Assembly (NCBI GenBank): GCA_904063045.1 | Contig: CAJFCJ010000016.1 | Coordinates: 682,001 to 746,000, forward strand | Origin: Dimorphilus gyrociliatus | Taxonomy: Eukaryota; Animalia; Annelida | Length of the DNA: 64,000 nt | Direction of reading: 5' to 3' | Part shown: positions 37,732-51,600 of the stretch, piece by piece | How the letters are laid out: every line of letters begins with the position of its first letter | Position numbering within the stretch: the first letter of the stretch is position 1 | Translations under genes and position numbers: made by a program | The notes under the pieces: model-generated | Database searches by the model: none | The model's input: only the letters and a program-made list of their open reading frames with translations | What the model was told of the DNA's origin: nothing

Positions 37732-39242
37732 TTAATTATCCGCCTTTGAATGTGTAGGTACCAATGTAAATTCTGTTTTATCCACCCTACTGTCCCTTGA
37801 GAACGTTTGTATGAACGCGTCACGGAATTGCTTTGACATTGCACAATAGATAACAAAATTAATACCGTTGTTGATCAGCGCCATTATATCAATAAGGTCA
37901 CCTAGAGGCTCGTAAATTTCTTCTCGAAATCCAGGTAAAGAACCATTTAATAACATGAGTATGCCCTGAGGCAATTCTGTAACGACAAAGAGGACTACTA
38001 CTGTCAAAAGCATCCTTGTCGTTCGATTAGTCTTTTGTGTTCTAATATTTGATGATTGTAGAACAAGTGTCTTCCTCTTTTCGTCTGCCTTCTTCATTGT
38101 TTTCACTAATAATATTGAGAGAACTGTCAAGCCCAAACACGGTATTAATTTGACGATTACAGCTTGAATCCAAAAATTAAGGCTATTTATGAATTTTTCC
38201 GCTGTGGTTTTTGTCTTGAACTGAACGTACCAAGTTTGTTCCGTCGCGTTAGGTTTTGAAATTGTAATTGTTATGAAATTAGGTATGCAGATTATGAGCG
38301 TCACAACATATACTAAGAATATTGCCACCTTGGCTCTAGGTAGAGTGCAATAGACGGTTCCATATCTTGGATAACGGATAAAGACATATCGAAAGACTGC
38401 TAAAGTAACTGTTAACCAAATAGAGACGCTGTGAACAACGACGCTAAAGCAGGCGTAGAAAAGCAAAAAACGTATTGCAGGTAAGGAATTACGTGAAGAT
38501 GTTGGTTTTACGCCGTATAAGCAATAAAAGCGTAGGGCAAAAGGGAGGTAGGCTGTCATTGTCAAGCCATCCGATACTGCTAAAGCTGTTAAAAGGGAAA
38601 AAAGAATAATTTTATCTAAATAAGTATTAGATAAGAAATAAGACAAAGAATGATAAAAGAAGGAGACAAAAACTGAATAAAGTTGAAAGCTGATATTTTA
38701 TATGGTTGTTATATATATATATAAGTTTTTTATGAACTAATTGCTTATGTCAAACGGTGTTTTTACACAAAAGTGATTAATCAGAGCGTTATTATTTAAA
38801 TTTTTCAATTATTTACTAGGTCATGAAAAGTTAAAAATTAATTAAAAGGTACAAAAAACAAATGTAATTAACTCATATATATATGTTTATATAAACAAAT
38901 AAAAACAGAGGGAGAAGAACAGGATGAAAAGAATAAAAAAAGGCCAGAGGTTGACGAGATTAAGAAGTTAGAAACGTTGTTAGTAGAGTCAACAAAGGTC
39001 GATTTGTTTAAGAGATGCACGTTGCCGTATTCTATTGTTTATAGTCACGATTCTTCACATACGTCGATAATATTTTAACTTTTACTCTATTCTTATGTAT
39101 TTACTAAGAACTTATTTAAAAAATTCATATATAAAGCAAACCAATTGTTGAAGAGAAAAAGAAGGATTTTTATTGCATTTTCAATTCAATTCTCAAGTTT
39201 TCCTCAACTTTTTCAAAGAAAATAAATAGTAATCAATATCAA

Positions 39243-39279
<37 letters not shown>

Positions 39280-40517
39280 TCTCCCTTTCTTCCTTATCTA
39301 TAAATCGTTATATCTCATTTTTTTTACGGTTTACTCTACCTTAAATCTAAAAGCTTGACACTTGTCAGGTATTATGATAACGAATATTTATCCTAAAATA
39401 CAAAAACAAGAAATATTGGAAGCGAAGAAAATAGGGCAACAGGAAGAGAATTTGGAAAGAAGAGATGTGGAGAGCAGAAAGAGTAGAGATATCGGAAAAG
39501 GAAAAAGGAAGGGCTAGGATAAGAGAATAGAGTAAAATGTGACTCATGTTATGAATGAATGCGTTAATTTAAAGTAAAGAAAAAGTAAAGACAAAAACCT
39601 TAAAAATTTTCTATTACTACGAAACTGCCGCATGAATATTTATAAGTTGTTTATCTAGGAAGAATACAGGAAAAACGAAATCCGCTAAAAACTATTGATG
39701 TCACTTTTTTTCTTTACTGTCCTTAAACGATTTTACGTTTTGATAAACGTTATATTTTTGGCCTTGATCAGCTGGAAAAACAGTTCTCTGATATCTTATG
39801 GAGTAAAATGATTTAGCAAATTGAAAAGGTTAAAAGATTAACAAGCCTTGAAACAGTAAAAGAATATAAATGTCCTAAAACATATGTTTGCATAAAAAAT
39901 TATATATAAAAGCTATGAGAGAAAGATAAATCGCAAGAATAAGGGATAGATAAGTCCTGGTAACTTCATTTAAACGTCTAAAGGCAAGAAAAGAGAAGTG
40001 TCCTTATGTCAATGATACAGTGTATGCAAACCAATTGTGAGTTGACGCTTGTTGTTTGCATGGAAAAATAGTTGCCAAATTACCCTTATGAAAAAGCTCT
40101 TTTCGTCTCTCTCTCTCTCTCTCTCTCTCTAACTATCTCTCTATCTGTCTACCTGTCTCCTAATTTCTCTAAATATTTAAATTATTTCTCCTCTGTTTTT
40201 CCTGCCAAGAACATTTTATCTTTTAATTTTTTTACCCGTTTTCCAAAAGGTGTCTATTTTAAAAGGTCTACATAAGAAAATATCAAATATCCTAATATTA
40301 TCCTGTTATTTAAGTATATTGTATAGATTTTTAATAGGAAAATTTCTAAAAGTAGCTAAAAAGAAAACTATATAAATTTCGCCTTAAAACTTTTATTGAT
40401 CATGAAAAATTTTCAAGTGTTTTTATAAGAATGTTTTTATCATTAAAAATTTACGAAATTTCTTTTTTATCGATTTCCTATAGAGATAATATGAAAACAA
40501 AAAATTGTAAAACACAC

Positions 40518-40548
<31 letters not shown>

Positions 40549-40980
40549 CTATATCCTTCTGCCAAAGAAATTAGTAATTATTTACCCATTATCCTTACTA
40601 TTCACTTATATTAACATTTAAATAAACTTCGTTAATAATAATAACCTTCTCAATTCAACATTCTGTTTATTTTAAATTAGCTGTTTTTTCTAATAATATA
40701 ACATGTAAATTTATAAAAGACTACGGATATGTTTTAAGCAACTCTCCGAGATAATGTAGAAATTTTCTTTCTCTTTGGGACATTTTTTAAGTAGTTTAGT
40801 TACACTTGGGGTAAATTTATAATTTCTTTATAGGTGTCTTTCAGGGTTATAATGTTAAGTAGCTTGAAGAAATCCTTGAGTGAGTATTTTAAACACATCT
40901 TATTCGATGTAGGTTTAAGTATAAATATATAGTATTTAATAAATATTCAAGTATTAATACGTTATTGTGCATTGTATATA

Positions 40981-41025
<45 letters not shown>

Positions 41026-42234
41026 ATATTCTTTTTAATAAACGGCACCTGTCTATTTTCTCTCTTTTTGTTCTGTGTTTTTTTTTGTCTTTTTTGCCTT
41101 TAACAAACTTATTAACACAACTCTGATTAGTCTGTTCTTTCAACACTACCTTTTGCTACTTGTAAGATATTTGTATATGTCCTGGATATGAAATAACATA
41201 GATCTGTATGAAACTTATGCAAATATACATAACACATATACTATTATAGCAATATGTACACTATATATATATATATATGGAAAGTATTACATGATATTAT
41301 TTGAATATATCGTTTTATGGAAGGTATTTCTTACGATTTTTGATTGATATCTACCCTTCTAGTAGTCGTCTTATCATTTATTTTAACTTTGAATGTCTGA
41401 CGTTACTTTAATATTTATAAATTATGATTAATAAGAAATGTTACAAATATGAACTTTATTAATGATAAATATGTTATATAATAGATATTTTGTCCAATTT
41501 AAATAGAAATAATCACTTGTGTCCTTTTCGGTCATTAAATTGTCTATTTCAAAATCATGAAATAGGCTTAAAAAATTAAATCTGATAGGAAAAATTATTA
41601 ATATTTTTGTTCGTTAATGAAACTTATGAGAAATTATTTTCATGCTAATTTACTTGATAATATATTTGACATTTGCTTTATCTTTCTTTAATTGTATTTT
41701 TTTTCCACCTTATTTCCTTTTGCTTTATTTCTTTTCTTAAATTTGAGGATAAACTTAATAAGTCGTGACAAGCTTAAGGCCTAACAGAATTAGAAGAGAA
41801 ATTAAAATGCCATTTAAAACCTAAGGCTTTTCGTTGATATGGTTCACGAAATATTAAAATAATCTATTTATTTTTTCTCCTTCTTTCCCGTTTTGGTTGT
41901 ATAGAACATTAAAGGTCCACCTATTTTCCATAAATACGACAAGAACAATTGTCTATATCAGCCAAGAATGTCAGTGGAAACCTTTGGAAGTTTAAGTAAG
42001 GAATCACCCTAAATGTTATTGTGCCGTTTTCCCCCATAGGAATTTTTAATGTAGTTTTCTTGATTAAGTTTCTTTCAGGACTTTGTCGTTTAATCGGAAT
42101 ACAATAATTTATAACGGTCCAATATATTTCTCACGAATAACTCATTCACTAGAAGACATAAATTACTAAAATAGCAATCGTAACAACAGGTAGGAATGAG
42201 ATAAAGAAAGGGAGGTAAGGGATTGAAAGATTTT

Positions 42235-42271
<37 letters not shown>

Positions 42272-43684
42272 ATATAGAAAGGAATAAGATTATTAATATA
42301 CATATAGTGGAAATTAGAAAATGAAAGGATATATTCAAAAATATAAACAGTAGCGACAAAAGTTTTCTATTAACTTTATCCTTTGTTTATTTCTATAGTA
42401 TAAAGCTCTATGTATAAATTTATAAAATGTGTTAAGCTAATGCTTTCATAGAGTTATTTTATTACATTGTTTAGCTAGTTTTTATTATTGAACATTCATC
42501 GAAATTGTGAACACGACCATGTCTATTTATTTATAGTTTACTTTAGCTTAGTTCTTATATTGATTCTACACTTGAAATAATTTATCTACAATTTCCATTG
42601 TCATTTTCATAACACTATTTTAATATAAAAGATAAAAGTAGAAGAAATCGTCAGAAGCCTATATTTTATATATGAATGTTTCTCATAATAATATTGTTCA
42701 CATCTCATAATTCATATTCATATCTTCGTTTAAAAAAAAACCAAATTTTGAACAGTAATTCTTTGTAAAAATAAGAAAAAGTGTAGAATTATTAGCCCAA
42801 AAGTTAATCGATTATTGCGTTAAAAGCATCAATGTAATTCCAAAGTAAATATTTATATAACTTTTTTTAATATATTGCTGATATTTCTTGATATGTTAAG
42901 GCAATATATTTTTTATTGTTGAAAGGTTTGTCACATTTTTATTTTCAAAAGACATTTTTCCGGCTTTATCTTTGTTATTCTACGATTTCTCAAACGACTT
43001 ACTCAAGTTGCGATGATACGGCTGCTTTACGAACGCTATTTTTAGACTTTTTTTCATTCTCATATTCTCCTTTTATTTTACGGTTAAAAAAATATTTTTT
43101 TACTAAAAATAAAAACACAATAAAGACAATCAAAGAAAAACGAAGTTGTTCTTTTCTCACCTCTTCTCTGTCTCTGTCTTTCTGTCTTTATCTCTCTTTC
43201 TGTCTTTCTCTCTCTCCCTCTCTGTCTCTGTCTCAATCTATCTTTTTCTTTATTTCATTAATTAGGTTTATTAAAAAACTATATTAATATTGTGATAATG
43301 AAATTAATTTCAGTCTCTTTAGATTAAATATTTCATTTGCTTGAACATGATTTAATTTTGTCCTCTTTGTCCATTTTTTGCTTAAATCTTTAAGAATAAG
43401 ATTCAATAAAGTGTAGACTACGCATCTTAATAATAAAACAATAAACTAACTTAGCTATTTTATAAAGGGACAGTATAGTTTTCTCTATAGAAAGACAATC
43501 ACCCAATATAATTAATAGTAAGTACACATAATGGTATTAATAAAAAACGAAAGAATTGTCTAAAATCGACATAAAAATTACATTGCACGTATTTTAGTAG
43601 TTATATTTATGCTTTATCATCATTTTTATGTACAGTTTCCCTTCATTAATTTCTATTTAACTTATTGTTAAATACATTCATACA

Positions 43685-43724
<40 letters not shown>

Positions 43725-45269
43725 TGTATGAATGTATGTGTACATATATATTGTTGAATAAAGAATACGTTAAAATATTGATGAGAAACAAAGAAAAAGT
43801 GAGCAAAAGTGAGCAAAGAACCGAAGGGGAAAAAAAGGCTACCTTTTAACCAAAATACTTTTACATTCACTATATTATTTAAGAGCCATTAATAATTAAT
43901 ATCTAAATATCATGCATTCTTTTTTCTCTATTACACTTCTGCCCCAATAATAAAGAAGAAAACTATCATTTTTCTCTTCAATTTAAATTGCTCATTTTAT
44001 TTATGTACTTTTATTAAAAGAGAAATGTTCTAACTCAATCTATCTATTTTTTACATTTCTATAATAAAGAAACACATTTGTTTTTATATATTAAAAAATA
44101 AGAAAAAGTAAGTTAATGATTAAAATTTAACGGCTTTATATTAAGGCAAATTACTTTGACAGGTGTATCACAGATTTGTCAACTTGATGAATTCATTAAG
44201 AGAAATGGAATGGGATTTATTGTAGATATGCCGTGTATAAATCTATCTATATCTATATAGTTTATATATATATATATCATTTTATATAATATATACGGGT
44301 ATATTAAACGCAAATATTTTCACTAATAATTAATAACAATGGCAGAAACAATGTAATTTTAAATTGTAAACCTATTTACTTTTATTTAGTTTGTCAGTCC
44401 ATTTGTTTATAAACATGATTCGAGAATAGAAAATCATAAATAAGTATATATATACAAATATATAAAGTTTAGTTTATACTAAACGGAAAAAAACAAATCT
44501 TTCTTTTTATATAAAAACGTACTATATAAGTATGGAGTATATGTAAACATAATATAACATATATTAGTAAATTTTGCAACAGACTGTCTATAAAAAGAAT
44601 CGTGTAACAGAATGTATAAACATAAAAACAAAAACAAAATAGGAAACTTAAAAAATAGTTGCATCCTCAAAAGTTTTGGTCTATTTTATATTCAGCAATT
44701 AGTAATTTTTTTTGTTAGATACAGATAGAGATAAAGATTAAGATGGACGGTAGGAGAGAGAGAGAGAAAGTGATATTTATATATAAAGTTATATAACAAA
44801 ACTGAAAAGACCAATACCGACAATGAAATATTCAAGAGGACAGGAATAGAAAAAAAAGGATAAAATTAACGAAACTTTGGCTATTATAGTATGATGTAAC
44901 TGAAGTATTAAGTCATCTAAACATCTGGTATCAATAGTCGATAGCGAATGCTAACAATGTTTAATAAAGAAAGAAATTGTAGTTAAAATTGTTCGTATTT
45001 ACTTTTTACGTTATATTTTACTAGGGTACTTTTCGATGAAAATACTAATCAGTACAAGAGTTGAACAACTTACCAGTTAAAATGCAGTTTGTAGCCGATA
45101 TCATATTCTTTCTAGTTAAAACTATAATATTCAAGGCATTAGCAACTATACCAAAACCGCAAACAGCAACTGCCAAATAACCATGTGCAATTTTATATGA
45201 TTGACCAATATTTCTAACAATTTGCGCGCCGGCGAACGTAAAGGACGGTTCTTCTGTGGAGTTCACCAT
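37732..45269 (-). CDS. Class A peptide GPCR, myosuppressin receptor (DmsR)/myomodulin-receptor-like, 349 aa, 2 exons
   Basis: Exon 1 (45269-45074, ends ACTG|GTAAGT) and exon 2 (38585-37732) join across a 6488-bp phase-1 intron. Motifs HGYLAVAVCGFGIVANALNIIVLTRKNM.S.TNCILTALAVSD, AVFRY, NFWIQAVIVKLIPC, RTTRMLL...TELPQG and ALINNGINFVIYCAMSKQFR closely follow recalled DmsR-family motifs. Confidence 0.92.
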
Positions 45270-45303
45270 GACTGCAGCGCAAATGCTTCACGCCTGTTTC
45301 ATA

Positions 45304-45311
45304 TGACGTCA
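45304..45311. promoter_or_regulatory. Perfect CRE palindrome TGACGTCA just upstream of the GPCR start codon
   Basis: Exact 8-mer 35 nt upstream of the ATG at 45269; function not demonstrated. Confidence 0.3.
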
Positions 45312-45349
45312 CACTCGATCTGTACTAAAGCGCCAGCTTTTTCCCCCTC

Positions 45350-45352
<3 letters not shown>

Positions 45353-45386
<34 letters not shown>
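45353..45386. repeat. (CT)n/(GA)n microsatellite ~85 nt upstream of the DmsR-like ATG
   Basis: Direct CT run. Confidence 0.9.
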
Positions 45387-45392
<6 letters not shown>

Positions 45393-45926
45393 TTCGTTTC
45401 ACTTTTTCTTTCTCTCTCTGTCAGTATAGATATCTTTTCTATGTTTTCTATTATTTAAACATATAATATATAAGAAATAATTTTATTTCTTTTCGAAGGA
45501 TGAAACAGCAAGAGAGACATTAGTTTATCCTTTTCTCAAAGTTTCAATATGGCTATTTACTATAATACATCATATTTAATGTATAGCTAATACTGTTTAC
45601 TTATAGACTACTTGTAAAAGTTAGATACGTGTTCTGGAGCGTTTTAGTGTTCTTGGAGCGTCAGTACTTCAGGCAAGAATTATATATAGAGCAGTGTACT
45701 CTTAATAGTCTTACTTCATTGTTATTTTAAACAATTTTATCTAATTTTTTTTACTCGGTCGTATAGAATAATATATAATTTGTATTTATATTTAAAACAT
45801 ACTTCGACCTTAAATATAATCATTTCGTTTTGTTTAATTGGCCTGTTCAGTATCATTTTTTATTCATTTCCTGTGAAACCTTGTTTATTTCAGTTATAGT
45901 AAAAAAAAAAGAAAAAAAAATGAGGG

Positions 45927-45928
<2 letters not shown>

Positions 45929-45967
<39 letters not shown>
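45929..45967. repeat. (GA)n microsatellite
   Basis: Direct GA run. Further GA/CT runs at ~30805-30890, ~34650-34680, ~39250, ~40090, ~42240, ~53310, ~55885, ~61395, ~61975-62008. Confidence 0.9.
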
Positions 45968-45969
<2 letters not shown>

Positions 45970-48590
45970 GGAGAGGGAGGGGGAGGAGGAGAGGAGGAGA
46001 AAAAAATGAAAAGAGAATTTTTTTCTTCTCTTAATAGACTCATAGGAATTTTATTATTGAAAAAAAAATCCTTCTGATAAAAAAAACAATTATTATTATT
46101 CAAATTTTGTCAAATAGATATTACACCATTTCTTTTTTTGTTCCCTTCGAAAATTTATAAACAGCCTTAGGGTCACTTTTATAAAAGTTAATTAAATTGA
46201 TTTCTCTCTTTATTCCATTATTTTGCAGGTAGAAGGGTTATATTATTATTATTTGCCTTCGTTTCTAACTCACTCTCTCTCTCTCTCTATCTCTTTCTTT
46301 TTTTCATTCTTCATTCTTGTGAAACTCTATGTCTATCTCTTATACACTCAGTCATTCGCTTTCTATCTACTACTTATTTTTTTTCTTCTCTTCTCCTAAA
46401 ATTTCTCGAGTATTGTTATTTCAGAAATTCATTTCATTTAAAATTTCTTTCTCCTATTTGTCATATTTTCATCCCGACTTGTTTTTTTTTTCATTTGAGT
46501 TTCTTAATTAAATATTTCATTTCCCCTTTTCTCGTATTTTTAATAAGGAATCACGTGATTAATAGATATGATTAGTTTTAAAACTTTTCATAATTGATTT
46601 CTTTAATAATTTAAGGTTGTATTGTTTAATTTTCGTCTTTAATTTAAAATTATTTCATATAAAATATGTCTTTAGTATGTTTCTATAACAGAAAGTGACT
46701 TATTTTCTTAATCTCATATATATATATGGTATACATAGTATATATGTATTTTTTTGTTACCTTTAATAACACAAGATGTCGCAACGATAGATTCTCTTCT
46801 ATTTTCTTTTCTTTTATTTTTTTAAGGTAGAATCAAAAAAGTGAGGAAAGTAGTAAGAAAAAAGAAGGATAAAGGGAATAAAATGAGACAGTAAAGGAGA
46901 AGGAGATAGAAAGGAGACTAGTCATAGTAAGAGTGAAAAGAACGTTCGGTTGGAAAAAAAAAAGAAACATATAAATTTCAATGCTATCCCATTCACTTGA
47001 TTTATCCAGTGACTTCTTGATTTTAGTCAAATTACAAGAGAGGAGAAAAAACGAGTAGGGGAGAGGATTGATAAACTTTAGCTAATCTTTAAAAAAACAA
47101 ACATAATCAAACAGATTCTGATTAGATTTTTACTGTATTTTCATTCTTTTTAACGAATGATGGATAAGTAATTTTTATTACTTATGAATCCTGGAAAGAA
47201 CCGATTTTTAGTTTAGATACATATATAATGATATACTAATGCAAAATGATAGATTAGTCTTCTAAGCATCCGAATTTAAGCGTTAAAATTTTCATATATA
47301 TGCAAGGATAGTATACAAATTTATATAATTTTGCTAGTTTCAATCTATATTTAGACATAGACTCCCAATTAAAATATATAATAAATATAGAACTATATAT
47401 ATATATATATATAAACACTGTGTATATTGATATATATTAAGGTCTTAGATTTATATATAATAGAACACATTTAGCGAAATAAATGCAACTAGTGTTTGGA
47501 GCTGTTACAATCCTTTCCTGTATAGATTTTTATAACATAAAAATGAACTCTATTGATTAAATATGAATAAAATAGGGTGCTTAAACTGATGTGGCGTTTA
47601 GTATTAGTGCCAATATAACCATACTTAAAATATCTTCTAAATACTGAATAGTATATAAATAAGCGTATTCTGTATATATACTAATATATATATATATATA
47701 CACTATATATATATATATATATTTAATATCGTTGTTTTCCAGTTGTATTACTTTCACCAAGAAATTTACTAAAAATAGGCCTAATTAAACTCTTGAAAAT
47801 ATTATTAATAACTATAAAAAATAAGAATTTATTAAAGAGTTGAAGGAGAGCGATATTTTTTAGTTATTAAGGAATAAAGAAGATAAGAAGAGGCGAGAGA
47901 CGAGAGGAGGACGAAGAGGAAGTGAGGGACAGAGAAAGCAGATAGATAACTTATTATAAATTGAATTGATACATTTGAAAGATTATTAAAATATTACAAT
48001 TATTAAAATAAAAAAAATACGAAAATATGGAAAGATACGAAGAATATAAAAAGGTAAATAAAGAAAAAAGTAGAATGCAATTTAAAATAAGAAAAAATTA
48101 AAAAGACGATTTTATTATACATATGAATTTTCGTGAAGAATTCCGCCTTTTAATCAAAAATAAGCAGCATGTGATTAAGGCAATTATAGGAGATGAATAA
48201 TAGAAAACAGGAAGCTAGAATCCTTAGTAAGGCGCTGCTGGCAAACCGGATCGAAACCGTTGTAGGATTTCGGTGATTTATGAAGACTTTGATAATCTGG
48301 CGCATGTTTTACTGTATATACTGCAAAAGTGTACTGTTTAGAAGTGTATATGCAAATGAGGCACTTTACTTGTGTTTTTTTCCTTATCTACCACACACAA
48401 CGTTCTGCATAGTCTTATCAAAGACGCAATAAAAACGATGGACTCGATGGAGATTAGATAAAAAATATTCCACATTTATCAATTTTCATTTAAAATACGG
48501 TTATAGTATTACTTTGTATATGTCAAGTAATGGTTTGATGTGTATCAAAAGGATTCCATGATGTATATCTATCTATCTATCTATACACAG

Positions 48591-48622
<32 letters not shown>

Positions 48623-51600
48623 GCTATGCAAAGATTTATCTTTATAACAGAATAGACTGTTTGTACTCTGTATATAATTTGTACATTTTCCTATTGTATA
48701 TACACGTCTATATTTTGAGTCTATACACGGATTTATCTACAAACATACCATGAATTTTGCTGTATTTTATTGTTTACTTATTTAGTTGTTTGTTTATATT
48801 TTTTTTACTTTGCTGTTCTAGATTAAATTTTATTTATTTGGACTTCCAACTTTAGGCACCTTTTATTTTTCACCCTCAATTAGTTTGATAGCCGAAGGAC
48901 CGACTTTTTTCTTAATGCTTTTGCCGCCGTCTAAATTCCATTTTTTCCATTATCTCTCACCAGGTGGAGCAATTTGTTTGGTATCATTTTGTATATTGTT
49001 TCGTGGAGTAGCTCTTGAGATGTAAAGGTATTGTAAGGGCTTATTCAACTACAAAAGTTTATTTTTCGGAAGTAAACAACTAATATGAAAGAGTGTTAGA
49101 GTACTACTACATCTCACAATCTTCTCTTAAACACAACAAAGGCTTACCTTACTTTAAGAAAATAGAAACGTATATAGTTGAATATTATTTATTATTACCA
49201 AGCCACCCCCACCTTTATACAACCTCAGTTCTATTAATAAAAGAGTTCTTGGAAAGTTAGTAATGGTAAACTCAGTCGATTTCCTTTCTCTTAATTACAA
49301 TTATATAAAAGTACAGTGTAAGCAATAAAATAAAGAAAAGAAAAGCCACAGAGAAACTCTCTTTAATCTGTCTATCTATTAGCATACTTCATACAGACTT
49401 ATATAATTTACGCTGTTATTATTACCTTTTTGTTTTTAAAAGATAATTTACCAATTAGACTGTCCTGGTATTCCTTCATTCAAGTATATTAACATTAATT
49501 TTGCATAAATTAGCTCACTTAAGTAATTTATGAATATATTAAAATTTTTCGGGGGCTAAATTCAAAAATTCTTATCTAATTGGTTAATTAGGTAATTAGA
49601 CGTAGATGGTAAGAAAAGAAACGGAGAGCGAGGGGTAGTTGTTGACCGGGAAATGTAGGATAGGAAGATGATAAGACATTAAAAGCGTTTAAGTACTATT
49701 ATATAGAAAAGAGAGTGTTATAGCTCTTTAATTTCCAATATTTAATATATATATATATACATATTTCCTTCCTAACTTTCTCCCTTTTAAAAAATTCAAA
49801 GATCATACAAACTATAAAGATATAAAGATAAATTATGGGAAAAGAGAGAAATCATTTATCATTTTTTATGTTTCTTTTATGTACTTTTATTAATTATTAC
49901 TCTTTTTTTCTTCTAATGTACTTGCCAAACATATTTTGAAAGTCTTTCTCTTACATCTTTTATTTCTTTATTCGTTTTGTTTCATTGACTCCTTTGTTTT
50001 GTTTATTTAGCTTCTTTTTTTTTTAACAAGAATATATATGCTCTATTTATTTCCCATTATTCTATTACTATATGAATAAATACATAAGCAAATAATAAAA
50101 TAACAGAGGGGTGTGAAGCATACTGGAAAGTTTTATTCTGAAATTTATTACCGAAATATGGCGCTAGTAGTATCTCTATTTTTTTATATTTTTTTTGGCT
50201 TTAAACGCCACCTATAATATTAAAGAGTAATTAGAAAAAAAAATTAACTTTTCTCTCTTGTATTCTTCATCTTCGAGTGGCTTTCGCTATACGATTTGAG
50301 GAAAAATAAAGTAAACTCTATGAATATCTAATAAAAAAATAGTAAAAATTTTAGCTAATTTGCATAAATCCAGCAAAACTATACGGAATAACCATTGAGA
50401 AAGGATGCAAATTGATGAGGAGGAAAGAGGCTTATTTACGTTGTATATATAAAAGAGAAAAAAGAAGAGAACATATCTTCCATTATATCTCCTTCCTGTA
50501 TTTTTTCATTAAGTGATTTTTTGTTAAAATATTCTTCGTTGTTACACCCCATTGATTTTATGGGAAGATGTTTAATTCTATACTTCTCCTTATTTTACCA
50601 ACATAAAAGTAGACAGCCTTGTCTTTATTGCAAACTTAACTGCTCTAAAGGGAAAATATTGACCAAAAAAGAGCTTAGATCTAATATACTAATGTTACAA
50701 TTCAACTTTTTTCCAAGGTGTTTTTAGCCTATAGTTATAGAATTATAGATCAACAAGCGGAAAATAAAAATTCAAAGAAAATAATGAGTCCATTAAAAGG
50801 GCATTGACAAAAGGATTTATCGCCTTCCATAAGTCTTAGAGCCTTGTAGCGAAAACAACTTAAGGGACCTAATTAAACTAGTTATACCTGATGTTTTCTC
50901 TCTAATCTCTGATGGATATACAGTATATAGTCAATAGGTAGAGAGGAGGGTTTGTCTATGGAAGATAATTATCATAAACTACTATCTAAGCTTTACTTAT
51001 GCAAAGCTCTTTTGCCCTGTTTCTATATATATTCAAATTTAATGTCAGATTACTGTATATAGTAAAAGTTAATACTGCATATGATAATCATTCATAGCTT
51101 TATATTAATTCTGTAATTGTAATAATATAAATGACAATGGCGAAAGCAATAGAGCAGGATATTTTATATATAAAGATTAAGTTTATATTCAACACTAGTA
51201 GAATTACCAATTAGAGTAATAGGAAATTGTTTATTTATAAAATAAACTCTTTTACGTGTTGTATTTGTATTTGAGTACGTGTTATATCAAAATCAGTAGT
51301 AACAATACTTTAATACTTACTCTCAGTTTTGCCGATTCTAACCATCTATACTATATCTTTTTTTTTTATGAATTTAACTTTCCCATTACTCTTAATCTCT
51401 CTTTCTTCTTTTCCCTTCATTCCTCTAAAAGAAGGCGAGATAAAGTAAAGCTTACCTAAAAGAAACTTAATAGGTCTACTGTTGCTCATTTTTTTTTCCG
51501 GTAAAGCTGAAGCTGTCTTTTTAGTGTATATTTTAAGAAAGTAGCCAATTCAGAGGAGGCTGTGTTGATCTTGAACTTGCGAAAAATTTATAAGGCCTAT

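Noticed and set aside
48220-49030. Faint LINE reverse-transcriptase-like phrases (ILSKALLANRIETVVGFR on +; NK.APPGE.DN-like on -)
   Set aside because: Short, on opposite strands, and need frameshifts; insufficient without a profile-HMM search.
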